This document shows positions 16,548-25,885 of a DNA stretch of 29,163 nt, in pieces (the first letter of the stretch is position 1; each line of letters begins with the position of its first letter). Origin of the DNA: a virus (lineage: Duplodnaviria > Caudoviricetes). A program made the translations under genes and the position numbers. The DNA lies in IMG/VR virus record IMGVR_UViG_3300008255_000374, positions 1 to 29,163 of that record; one strand, given 5' to 3'. Below the pieces are notes generated by a model. That model did no database searches, was not told where the DNA came from, and saw nothing but the letters and a program-made list of their open reading frames with translations.

Positions 16548-17168
16548 TTAAAAGACTAACTGATATGCGTTTATGGCATCATGTGATGAAAGTTCAGCGA
16601 TTGCTGCTTCGTGTTGCCATTTCTTACTTTGTAACTGCAGGCGATATATTCTGGCTGCCCTACTAAAATCAATCAATTGCGATGCTGTCATAGGAACTAC
16701 CTGGTTATCGTAGTCTCTCCATCCGTAATTAGCTGGCCAAACTGCTGCGATTTCTGGTGTTTCAGCGGCGCGAGATTCAATATCAATGAACATAACTGAT
16801 CGATCATCTACATCATATCGGTTTCCGAGGTAAAGAAATCCCTCTTGAAGTTTTGCCATATAAGCCGGTTTGATTTTTGCCATTAATGCGTTTCGTGCAG
16901 CTTCAATTGGCCGTTCGACTTTTTGATATGATCGCTCAATCTGACCATTTTGTGGATTGAATACAACATTCACTTTCGTGATATTATATCGCAAAGGATC
17001 CGGGGTTTCCTCAACGTCAATAACTGGATAAATGCCGTGCTCAGCCAACTTTTCCGGTCGGCTAAAGATTGAATTTTGAATCGTTTTTCCGTTCAGTTTT
17101 AGTGCGCCAGGAGGTACCCGATCAAAGACCTCGATCACTTCGCCTTTTTTTAATCTTGCCCATGCCAT
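16548..17168 (-). CDS. Tail fibre assembly-like protein (DUF4376-type C-terminus)
   Basis: GFLYLGNRYDVDDRS...WRDYDNQVVPMTASQLIDF...AAIAELSS..AINA; last gene of the fibre cluster; RBS AGGAG. Confidence 0.7.
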   Translation of the reverse strand: MAWARLKKGEVIEVFDRVPPGALKLNGKTIQNSIFSRPEKLAEHGIYPVIDVEETPDPLRYNITKVNVVFNPQNGQIERSYQKVERPIEAARNALMAKIKPAYMAKLQEGFLYLGNRYDVDDRSVMFIDIESRAAETPEIAAVWPANYGWRDYDNQVVPMTASQLIDFSRAARIYRLQLQSKKWQHEAAIAELSSHDAINAYQLVF

Positions 17169-17189
17169 ATTGATTTACTCCTGTTCTTT

Positions 17190-17195
17190 TATTTA
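17190..17195 (-). promoter_or_regulatory. Late promoter core TAAATA
   Basis: ATAAATAAAAG directly after the upstream stop codon and before RBS AGGAG of the 206-aa gene. Confidence 0.5.
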
Positions 17196-19661
17196 TTATC
17201 TTCCGTTTGCATATTTAATTGGTTGTGATGCAAACGCTGCATATACATAATTTCCAGTATTGGTATTGAATGCGTTTCCACTTCCAATTGGACGGAAACC
17301 GGACGATGTGAACTCAATTAAATCTGAAACTCCTGTGGTTTCGGCCGCGGCAGTGTCTGCAGATAACAGAATTGACGTTCCGTTTATTGGCATTCGTTCT
17401 TCATCGACAATTGTCCAACTGCTTGCGATATCTGATCTCTTTACCATAATCCAAGCAGGTCTGAATCCGGTATGAACAGCCGGTCCTAAGGAAGAACCAT
17501 TTCCGGTGTAAGAAGCAAACTTACTGAATCCGTTTACTGATCTCCAGAAATACCCAATATATTCATCCGATACGGTGTTTGATTGTCCGTTCGTACCAAC
17601 ACTGAATACGGTAGCCGTTGGTTCGGTGTCGTTCCAATATGTCGTATCGACTGTGAATGCGAGAGTTCCATCTAAAATCATCGCTCCGGTTTCTGGCGCC
17701 ACATTTGAATCCTTGTGATAGACTAGCCAACTTCTTGCTGCGGTGGTTCGGTTTTTAACCATGAAGAATTCAGGAACAGCCCCAAGTCCGTGCCCGATAG
17801 TTGCACCGGCATTTCCATCTCCGGTATATCCTACAATTGAAAATCCAGAGGTTGTGTCGGATTTAACTAATGATTCGAGTGTTCCGGCGTTATTCTGTGT
17901 TGGACTATCGGACCCGGCATCCCAACACCACGCAACAAAAGCTTCGCCGACATCATTGAATCCTCCGGCACCGGTTCCGAGAGTAAAGCCATCAGAATTA
18001 AAAGAGAGTAAACCAGTTGCGTCTGTGGCTTCTGCAGCTGTGTCGTCCGGAAACAGAACATTCAATGGACCACGAACAGAATCGAGCAGTTTATGTGAAT
18101 CAGCTTGATCGCGGTTTTTGATCCAAACTAAATCAGGTCTGAATTCTAGATTTTGAATTTTTCGTTGTGCAGCATTTCCAACAAACCGAAGTGTCTTAAA
18201 ATACTTACTCGGTTTTGCGATATCGGCGGTCAAGCCTGAAGTATTGATTGGTGAAAAACCAGTAGGAAAATCAGAATCTTCGTTGCTAAAATCGAAAGTA
18301 AGACCCACACCTGAATAAGAAGTTGCTGCAATAAACCAAGTCAAAGTATTGTCTAAACCAGAAAGTGTAGGAGTGGTGTTTGTGGCAGGGTTCCCGCCGC
18401 CAAACCAACTGATGCCTCCACCAGAATCCAAACCGAACCAAACATTGCCGTTCGTCATATCAACTGCACAATAACCGACGTATCCGGTTGCAGCTGCTGT
18501 GTAGGTAGTGCCGGCCGCATTATCTTTTTTTGCTTCGCCGGCTGCAGAAATTACAAACGTGCTAGTCACTTGAGCCGGAAACACAGTAGCAGATGACATT
18601 GATTTCCAAGCACCGTCATCTGCTGCTAGACCAACAACTGGAAGAGTGCTACCAGCTACGCCTGAATAGGTGTATTTGAAGGCAAGTTTCCCTTCGGGTG
18701 GCAAGGCAAGAGTAGATCGAACATGACCGTATCCAGTACTAGCTTTTACGAAATTAGTATTGCCTTCTGAAAGGGTGATATTTGCGGTGTCTCCAGCCAA
18801 ATCTTGATTATTTAAAACCGCTGCGTTTCCAATTTTATTGGTGTCATCAATTGTAGGAACATCGAGCCGTTGATCTGAACTTGAAAACCCAGAAGGAGTG
18901 AATGCATTCAAAGTTGAATGTCCGGCAGTTATCGGAGCTGAATCAGTTCCGAAATTAGAACTATCAGAAAACGTCAAACGAAATCCGTTCTGTCCATATT
19001 CACTAATTACTGTGGTCGGATTAATTGGGATCCAAATACCGTCGGAATTGAAAGTTCCAAAATATTCCGGCCCAAGGGCCTGTCCATCAATAAAATTCAC
19101 ATCAGCCATAAAACCGTCGAAAAATAATCTATGTCCGCTGTTCGTTAATGCACCGATATCGTGAATTGCATTATTGTTGATAGGTCCTTGTGCATTCTGA
19201 ATTGGCCATGTTCCAGAACGAACTGCTAGTTTGAATTGTATCCCGTTAATCCAAACTCTGATTCTTTCTTCTTGAACAGTCTGTGTGGTATCAACCGCAA
19301 CTACCACGTTCAACCATCCGGATTTCTCTCTAATAACAGCTGATCCGGTGTTTACATCGTAAGACGAAATGTCAAACGAAACAGTCAATAAATCATCATC
19401 TTGAAAAACGATTCCAGCGTACGGTGCTTCAGATGAACTCAACAAATAATTTGCTGTGCCATCAACTGCGGTATTTTTGACCCAACCAGAGTAAGTCCAA
19501 GTTCTTCGATCTCCAGCAGACGAAAACGTCTTCGTAAGATATGGTGAATCTCCATCGTTGAATAAAACCGATTGTCCAATTAAATAACCGTACCCTGCCC
19601 CAAACGAAACATTAGATACGGCATTGACCGGAATATGACCTATTTTTTGCTGACCAAACAT
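17196..19661 (-). CDS. Adhesin/tail-fibre-like protein, paralog D (LamG/ConA-like + SPRY-like + conserved C-terminal beta module)
   Basis: SVLFND...TWTYSGWVK...FDGFMADVNFIDGQAL; YGQNGF; PDLVWIKNR; FVAWCW; FSKFASYTGNG...YAAFA. Lacks the N-terminal adaptor domain. Confidence 0.75.
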   Translation of the reverse strand: MFGQQKIGHIPVNAVSNVSFGAGYGYLIGQSVLFNDGDSPYLTKTFSSAGDRRTWTYSGWVKNTAVDGTANYLLSSSEAPYAGIVFQDDDLLTVSFDISSYDVNTGSAVIREKSGWLNVVVAVDTTQTVQEERIRVWINGIQFKLAVRSGTWPIQNAQGPINNNAIHDIGALTNSGHRLFFDGFMADVNFIDGQALGPEYFGTFNSDGIWIPINPTTVISEYGQNGFRLTFSDSSNFGTDSAPITAGHSTLNAFTPSGFSSSDQRLDVPTIDDTNKIGNAAVLNNQDLAGDTANITLSEGNTNFVKASTGYGHVRSTLALPPEGKLAFKYTYSGVAGSTLPVVGLAADDGAWKSMSSATVFPAQVTSTFVISAAGEAKKDNAAGTTYTAAATGYVGYCAVDMTNGNVWFGLDSGGGISWFGGGNPATNTTPTLSGLDNTLTWFIAATSYSGVGLTFDFSNEDSDFPTGFSPINTSGLTADIAKPSKYFKTLRFVGNAAQRKIQNLEFRPDLVWIKNRDQADSHKLLDSVRGPLNVLFPDDTAAEATDATGLLSFNSDGFTLGTGAGGFNDVGEAFVAWCWDAGSDSPTQNNAGTLESLVKSDTTSGFSIVGYTGDGNAGATIGHGLGAVPEFFMVKNRTTAARSWLVYHKDSNVAPETGAMILDGTLAFTVDTTYWNDTEPTATVFSVGTNGQSNTVSDEYIGYFWRSVNGFSKFASYTGNGSSLGPAVHTGFRPAWIMVKRSDIASSWTIVDEERMPINGTSILLSADTAAAETTGVSDLIEFTSSGFRPIGSGNAFNTNTGNYVYAAFASQPIKYANGR

Positions 19662-20020
19662 TATGTCCTCTGGTTAATGAACAATTGAATTTCTTGCTGA
19701 CCTGCAAAGGTAACAAAGCTCAATATATTTATCGTTCCTGCAGTATTAATGAAGTTCCCAGAAAGCAGGTTCCAATTGGAACCTAGACTGAAGGTGTATC
19801 CGCCCGTTCCGTCCATTGTGATATAGTAATAATATACTGAGTTTCCCACGATTGTCGGGTTATCTAAGGTTAGATCGCCAGTCATCGTTGTGGTAAAGAA
19901 ATTTCCGGATGAAAGCACGGGGATTACAATTGTGGAATATGGAATCACACGAGGTGATTGATAGAATACAACCGATACCTCATTATCAATCATGCTTGGA
20001 TGAATTAATGATCTGGTCAT
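19661..20020 (-). CDS. Stand-alone adaptor domain, homologous to the N-termini of paralogs B and C
   Basis: NFFTTTMTGD..L.NP...DGTGGYT aligns with NIFTWNINGD...DSTGGHS (22668 gene) and NFFTWTITQD...DGSGGHT (25838 gene); TAATG overlap with paralog D. Confidence 0.8.
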   Translation of the reverse strand: MTRSLIHPSMIDNEVSVVFYQSPRVIPYSTIVIPVLSSGNFFTTTMTGDLTLDNPTIVGNSVYYYYITMDGTGGYTFSLGSNWNLLSGNFINTAGTINILSFVTFAGQQEIQLFINQRT

Positions 20021-20022
20021 CG

Positions 20023-22668
20023 TTACCTCGCTTTTCCTGGCGCAAAGTCAGATCCTACAAAAGGAAATTCTGCCCAAGCGGCATATAGGGTGGTTCTTGT
20101 CGAGAAGTTAGGGTCTGTAGCAGTGCGAAGCTTGAAACCATTCGATAACAAATCGATATCGTGGGCAGTCGTCGCTTCTGCATCACCCAACGTGGCAAGT
20201 AAATGTTCTTTCGCAGGATTATAGTCAGATCTTTCAGAATCGTATTGGTACCAATCAGCGGTTCCGGCCGAAAATGTTTTCTGAATAACGAACGCAGGCC
20301 TAAATCCGGTGTAGACAAAGGGCCCGTCGGTTGAATTGTTATTCACATAGGTGCCAAATTTTGAAAATCCAGGAATACTTGCCCAAAGATACGTGATGTA
20401 ATTATTTGTCCCGGTTGCGTTTGTATTATTTGTGGCATTATTCGTTACCATAAATTGAGTTGAACTAAAGTTCCCTGTTCCCCATGGTGAATTGGTATTG
20501 GTTTCAGAATCGGTTGTGTTCAATTTGGTGAAGTACGTTGCTCCGGAAAGTCCGGCATGCCAAACAAACCAATCTTCGACCCCGTCTGTTCTTTTATTGA
20601 TAACGAACTCGGGTGAAATTGTAAGTGCGTGGTTTATGTTTCTATTTGCAGTATTGTCGCCTGAATATTCAACAATATCGAATCCAGCAATGGCTGATTT
20701 CTTCCAGCACCAAGCAACGAAGTTATCGCCGGAGTTATTCATGCTTGCGCTTGAACCGAGAGTAAACCCATCAACGTCGAAGGAAAGAACTCCTTCGGTA
20801 TCGGTCGATTCAGCTGAAGTTGCATTTCCTTGTAATGCCGCGGTTGTTCCTCGGGTACTATCGAACAGCCACGGCACCCCAGAGTTTCCGCCGGTTTTGG
20901 TTCTGGCTTTAATCCACACCAAATCGGGTTGGAAACCGAGCCCGGAAATAGGGTTTCCTCCGCTACCGGCCGTCACACCGTCGCCGGTCCAAATGACAGG
21001 GTTAAAATACAACCCGGGATCATCTATATCGGTTGCTGGGAAATTGTTGGATGCGAGCGTGTATGCACCAGAAGGTAGGAAGGTAACATCGTAGAAATAA
21101 ATGGTCATTCCGGACCCGGTACTGCTATTTCTAAAACAAGGAAACCATTTTCCAGTCAAGCCGGTCGTCGAGGCCCCAACTTGCGTCCCGTTCGCGTAGA
21201 ATGTCAACGATCCGTTGCCAGCTTTAATCCCGATTTTTTCACCTGAATTATATTGAGCCCCGAAGCTCGATCCGACTCCGTTGTTGAATAGATTGTGCGA
21301 GGACGATGCATAATCCCATCCATATGCGTCTGCTTGCTGACCTGGATAGTTGGTAGTAACTGGTGTTTTGCCGATACCCACCATTTGGTTTTCTTCACCG
21401 GCAGCACAGTTAACTTCCCAATAGAATTCTAAAGTGTCATCCATATCAATTTCAAAATTTCCCCAAGCCGAAACAAACGATCCATACCCTGTCAACCCCG
21501 AATTGCCTCGAATATACGATTGGGTAGCCAACGCAGATGGCAACAGAGAGTTTAGAATTGATAGATTGATTGATGGGGTGTCGTTTGTTTGAATTTCGTT
21601 GCCTTGTGTTGCCCAATCGTTTCCTGTTCCGGAAACATCGTTTCCTAAATCGGCAGAAACTCTGAAATCTAACCAGAATCCGTTCTTTCCAAAATCTGAA
21701 ATTGTTTTTGTTGGATCACCGGGAATCCAATTGTTCTTATCATCGAATGAACCAAACGAGGATGGAGTCAGGGTCTGGCCGTCTACAAAAACCACATCAG
21801 AAAAATATGAAGGAGAAAAGAATGAGGAACCTGCGGTATTGGTCATTTTTCCAATCCACTTTGTGAGTGCAGTTCTAGAAAATCGAGGAACATAATCAAG
21901 CGCAGGGAATACTGAACTGTCGAATCCGTCAGTATATTCGATACCGTCAAAATACAACTTCAATCTATCAGTATCTGTTACCTGTGTAGTATCCCATGCA
22001 ATTACGACGGATCGCCAAGCTGAGTTATCACGAAAGGTATTGGTGGAAATGTAGAGCCTCGAAGTTACGACAGAAGCATCGATTTCATAGAAATCAAACG
22101 CTCCATTTGATGCATTAAGACTTACATTTGCAAGATTGTTCACATCAGTAAATTCACCATACAGAGGATCGAATGTCCCTTCTCCGGTTTGCTTAAACCA
22201 GAAGTGTAGAGTCCCTTTCCTTCCTTCAGTTGGCGCGCTGAATGTTCTCTCCAAGAAATCTGAAGTTCCGTTCAACACCAAAGAATTTTGAATTGCGTAT
22301 GTGGTATTGAATGATTGGAACCAAATATCATATCGTGTTCCGGTTGAAACAAGTGTGATCAGATTTGTGGTTCCGGCAGATGAATCGTACTCGGTATTCC
22401 CAACAATATTATATGATGAAGAATCGAGGGTTAGTGAATGGCCACCGGTTGAATCGTTCGATGCAACAATATACCAAATACCGTATCCCGGATTGATTAA
22501 TGGCAGATTTAGATTTTTATCACCATTAATGTTCCACGTGAAAATATTTGCTGCTGCTAAATCGGGTGTAATGCTCGCGGTTGAAGCAAAAGAAACCGCA
22601 GCATTTCTAATATTCACATTGCTAAAATCGCTGTTGATTTGCGGTGATTTAATTTTTGTTAGTGCCAT
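20023..22668 (-). CDS. Adhesin/tail-fibre-like protein, paralog C (adaptor fused)
   Basis: MALTKI N-terminus, ~118-aa adaptor, LamG-like, SPRY-like (FYWEV...MVGI...IGI...LTFYANG), PDLVWIK C-terminal module. Confidence 0.75.
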   Translation of the reverse strand: MALTKIKSPQINSDFSNVNIRNAAVSFASTASITPDLAAANIFTWNINGDKNLNLPLINPGYGIWYIVASNDSTGGHSLTLDSSSYNIVGNTEYDSSAGTTNLITLVSTGTRYDIWFQSFNTTYAIQNSLVLNGTSDFLERTFSAPTEGRKGTLHFWFKQTGEGTFDPLYGEFTDVNNLANVSLNASNGAFDFYEIDASVVTSRLYISTNTFRDNSAWRSVVIAWDTTQVTDTDRLKLYFDGIEYTDGFDSSVFPALDYVPRFSRTALTKWIGKMTNTAGSSFFSPSYFSDVVFVDGQTLTPSSFGSFDDKNNWIPGDPTKTISDFGKNGFWLDFRVSADLGNDVSGTGNDWATQGNEIQTNDTPSINLSILNSLLPSALATQSYIRGNSGLTGYGSFVSAWGNFEIDMDDTLEFYWEVNCAAGEENQMVGIGKTPVTTNYPGQQADAYGWDYASSSHNLFNNGVGSSFGAQYNSGEKIGIKAGNGSLTFYANGTQVGASTTGLTGKWFPCFRNSSTGSGMTIYFYDVTFLPSGAYTLASNNFPATDIDDPGLYFNPVIWTGDGVTAGSGGNPISGLGFQPDLVWIKARTKTGGNSGVPWLFDSTRGTTAALQGNATSAESTDTEGVLSFDVDGFTLGSSASMNNSGDNFVAWCWKKSAIAGFDIVEYSGDNTANRNINHALTISPEFVINKRTDGVEDWFVWHAGLSGATYFTKLNTTDSETNTNSPWGTGNFSSTQFMVTNNATNNTNATGTNNYITYLWASIPGFSKFGTYVNNNSTDGPFVYTGFRPAFVIQKTFSAGTADWYQYDSERSDYNPAKEHLLATLGDAEATTAHDIDLLSNGFKLRTATDPNFSTRTTLYAAWAEFPFVGSDFAPGKAR

Positions 22669-22670
22669 GC

Positions 22671-25600
22671 TTACCTGCTACGGTTGAGTTTGAATGGATC
22701 TTCAGCGAATGCTGCGTACAAATATGTTGCGGATGCCGTGTTCCAATCAGAGTTTGTGTTTCGAATTTTGAACCCGTTTGATAAGAAATCAACGCCCAAC
22801 CCTGTTGTATCAGCGTTTGTGGTATATGGCGAAAGTCTAGTTTGAGTCAAATTATATCTATCACGAATTGAATCAAAAACTTGCCATCCGCCAACCGCAC
22901 TTAGTGATTTTGTCAATAGGAATTTAGGCTTGAATCCAAGATTTACAAACGGTCCGGTTGCTGAACCGTTCCCAATATATGCACCGAATCTAGAATACCC
23001 GGCAATACCTGACCAAAGGTACGCAACAAAGTCGTTTAATGAGGCATTAGTATCACTCGAGTTTCCTAGCGTAAACGTCGTGTCCGTCGGAGCCACATCA
23101 TTCCAATAAGCAGTGCCGCCGGTATTTGTGAATGCAGCGGTTGAATTCAACAATCCAAAATATTGTTCTGGGTTAGTTCCCCCGTTTGCCAAATGATGAT
23201 AAACTGCCCAATTAGTGATTGATGTTTCGTAATTTTTAACAATCAAAAATTCTGGAATAGCCCCGAGATCATGCGAAATTGCAAGACCGGCCGATCCGGT
23301 TCCTTCATAAGTTTGAATGTCGAATCCAGAAATTGGAGATTTCTTCCAGCACCAAGCAATATAATCGACCCCATCGGTGTTTACATCAGATGATGCTCCG
23401 GTTCCCAATGTGAAGCCTTGGTAATCAAATGATTTCAAGCTATTGCCTTCTGCGGCTTGTGCATTTGTGTCATTTGTTGACAAATGCATAGTCGCTCCTC
23501 TCCTAGAATCAAAAAGTTTGTGGTCAGATGGATTGGTATCGCGGTTTTTGATCCAAACCAAATCAGGTTTGAAACTTGTTTGCCAAATTCGAGTGTCGTT
23601 AATTCCATTTCCTGTATAAGTCAGTACATCAAAATATTCTGAAGGGGTTGCAATTGCTGGGTTGATAATACGGGCGGTTGAGAGTCCAGAAAACCCAGTT
23701 GGTGGGTTGTAGGTAAAATTGGAACCGAAGTTTGATTTTAATGTCTGTCCGGTATAAACTCCTCCCAGGAAATATAGTTTTTCTGTCGTGCTAATTGTCG
23801 CAGTTGGGTTTGTTCCGTTGCTCGGGTTTCCGGTTGTGCCACCTGCGTTATCGTACCAAACATCGTCCAAACCAATCCATATGTTTCCGGTATCGGCGTC
23901 GTATGCAATTTGCATGATGTCGCCGTTTGAGATTGTCGGAGTTGCTACTGATGTGGTTTCGTTGTAAATGGTAAGGGTGGTGGATTGTGCATGCCCCCCC
24001 CAGCCACCAGAAGCCCCAAATGATCCAGCAGTATATGTTTCTTCAGTAATTCCAAACATTAGGAATCCAGATCCGCCTACGGTGTCTAGCTCAGTTTCAG
24101 CATAAACTTTACCGATAGTCGGAATACTCAAAGTTGAGAAGAATATTCCCTGGGTAGTTGTAGAACCTGAAGCATTAAGGTTTCCGTTTGAAAATGTTAC
24201 AACACCGTTTGTATGGCTTAGAGAATTCCAATTAGCATTGTTGCCAGAAGTATCACTGTTTGTCGGGCTATCGGTTGAACGACTGGCTGTCGTTAATCCT
24301 GATACAGTCCAATCATTTCCGTTCCCTGATCGATCAGTTCCCAATGCACTTGCTGTTGCGTTGTCAGAGAAATCTAATCGATAACCATTCCTACCGTATG
24401 AATTTTCCAGATTGAATTGTACTTCAGCCACATAATTGGTTGCACTTGATGCCGGCACGATTGTTACCCAATGGTATCTAAAACCAGTGCTCGTATCAAT
24501 ATCGACAAAATTGTAAGTTTGCGCTGAAAGCGAGTCGGCGAAACTTCCTGAATCATGAAGCAAAGTTCCGTCGGTTGCTGTTGCTGGCAAACTATTTGAT
24601 CCGTACAATCGAATTGAGAGATTGGCATCAGTTGTGAATCCCTGATCGGTCGAAGGATAAACGACATACGATGTCACAATGTTCGATTGTCCTGAACCGT
24701 GGTCTTTGCCGACATACGCTGTCGTTGAGGCTGCCAAACTTGCAGAAGCAGCCGCGTTTTGGGCGGTCGTGCCGTCAAATGCTGCAGCGAGGCCGCCCCC
24801 ACCAGACATGTCACCAATGTTGCTTCCCGCTGTGCGATCGAAGAGAATTGAGTTGGTAGGCCATGACGCCGTATTGACCTCAATTGGAATCCAAATATCG
24901 TTATTATTCAGTCTACCAAAATTTTCAGGTCCCAAAGCCAGACCATCAACGAAGTTGATTTCGGCCATATATCCATCGAATGTTCCGGCATTTCCCCAAC
25001 CTGTTGCCCAATCACCAATTCGATGTGGGTTGGTTGAATTGATTGAAGTGTCAGCATTCACACCCGGATATGTTGAAGAACTCAATTCGGTAAGTTCTTC
25101 ACCGTTAATCCAAATTCGTTGGCGTAAAGTAGAAACCGGATTTGTGGAATCATATGTCACGACAACATGGTACCAAGCTGAAACATCACGATAAGTAGCT
25201 GATGTATCCAAAAAGTAGGTCACCGAAGAAATTCGGTTAAACAGCTCGATTGAATTATTTGTCAGAAAGAATACTGAAAATCTTGGAGAAGGATCTGCAC
25301 CGGAATTCGACGAAAACAGAACATTTTCAAATGAGCTCAAATCTGATCGCTTGACCCAACCAGACCAAGTCCAAGTTTTTGAATTTCCTGCGGTGGCCGG
25401 AGTTCTTGTTAGGTAAGTTGCATCGATGTCGTTGAAACGAACAGAATATGGAATATCATAAGGCGACGTTGCGGTAGTTGTTTGCTGATATGTGAATACG
25501 TCTAAGTCGGTACCACTTCCATCTGAAATTATCGTAAGAATGTTTTCTGCCTGAGCACTTTCGTCCAATGCACCATCTATTAAATTATATCCGGTATCGA

Positions 25601-25838
25601 ACGCGATCGTGTGTCCTCCAGATCCATCCTGTTTTAGGAAAATATGCCAGACGCCGGCGCCGGGTACTGTTCCTGGAAAATTTAAGATGGCATCTTGGGT
25701 AATTGTCCAAGTGAAGAAATTATTTGAGGTGAAATCTGGCGTGACAGAAGCGGAGTCAACAAGCACATCCGGAACCTGATGGAATCCAACGGCAAGTGGC
25801 ATTTCGATCAAATTGGCATTAATTTTTGAGAGCGTCAT
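22671..25838 (-). CDS. Adhesin/tail-fibre-like protein, paralog B (adaptor fused, extra inserted domain)
   Basis: Same architecture as paralog C plus about 160 aa inserted between IWIP and YGRNG. Confidence 0.75.
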   Translation of the reverse strand: MTLSKINANLIEMPLAVGFHQVPDVLVDSASVTPDFTSNNFFTWTITQDAILNFPGTVPGAGVWHIFLKQDGSGGHTIAFDTGYNLIDGALDESAQAENILTIISDGSGTDLDVFTYQQTTTATSPYDIPYSVRFNDIDATYLTRTPATAGNSKTWTWSGWVKRSDLSSFENVLFSSNSGADPSPRFSVFFLTNNSIELFNRISSVTYFLDTSATYRDVSAWYHVVVTYDSTNPVSTLRQRIWINGEELTELSSSTYPGVNADTSINSTNPHRIGDWATGWGNAGTFDGYMAEINFVDGLALGPENFGRLNNNDIWIPIEVNTASWPTNSILFDRTAGSNIGDMSGGGGLAAAFDGTTAQNAAASASLAASTTAYVGKDHGSGQSNIVTSYVVYPSTDQGFTTDANLSIRLYGSNSLPATATDGTLLHDSGSFADSLSAQTYNFVDIDTSTGFRYHWVTIVPASSATNYVAEVQFNLENSYGRNGYRLDFSDNATASALGTDRSGNGNDWTVSGLTTASRSTDSPTNSDTSGNNANWNSLSHTNGVVTFSNGNLNASGSTTTQGIFFSTLSIPTIGKVYAETELDTVGGSGFLMFGITEETYTAGSFGASGGWGGHAQSTTLTIYNETTSVATPTISNGDIMQIAYDADTGNIWIGLDDVWYDNAGGTTGNPSNGTNPTATISTTEKLYFLGGVYTGQTLKSNFGSNFTYNPPTGFSGLSTARIINPAIATPSEYFDVLTYTGNGINDTRIWQTSFKPDLVWIKNRDTNPSDHKLFDSRRGATMHLSTNDTNAQAAEGNSLKSFDYQGFTLGTGASSDVNTDGVDYIAWCWKKSPISGFDIQTYEGTGSAGLAISHDLGAIPEFLIVKNYETSITNWAVYHHLANGGTNPEQYFGLLNSTAAFTNTGGTAYWNDVAPTDTTFTLGNSSDTNASLNDFVAYLWSGIAGYSRFGAYIGNGSATGPFVNLGFKPKFLLTKSLSAVGGWQVFDSIRDRYNLTQTRLSPYTTNADTTGLGVDFLSNGFKIRNTNSDWNTASATYLYAAFAEDPFKLNRSR

Positions 25839-25855
25839 ATCTTCCTCACGTCAAA

Positions 25856-25870
25856 CTTTTTGTTATTTAT
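25856..25870 (-). promoter_or_regulatory. Late promoter, extended motif ATAAATAACAAAAAG
   Basis: Shares the 14-mer TAAATAACAAAAAG with sites at 5205 and 28938; intergenic, upstream of RBS GAGGA and ATG 25838. Confidence 0.7.
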
Positions 25871-25885
25871 GCGAAGAAGAGGTTA

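Noticed and set aside
19650-19680. Programmed frameshift fusing the 119-aa adaptor to paralog D
   Set aside because: No slippery heptamer, a stop five codons upstream in the downstream frame, and a good RBS for independent initiation.
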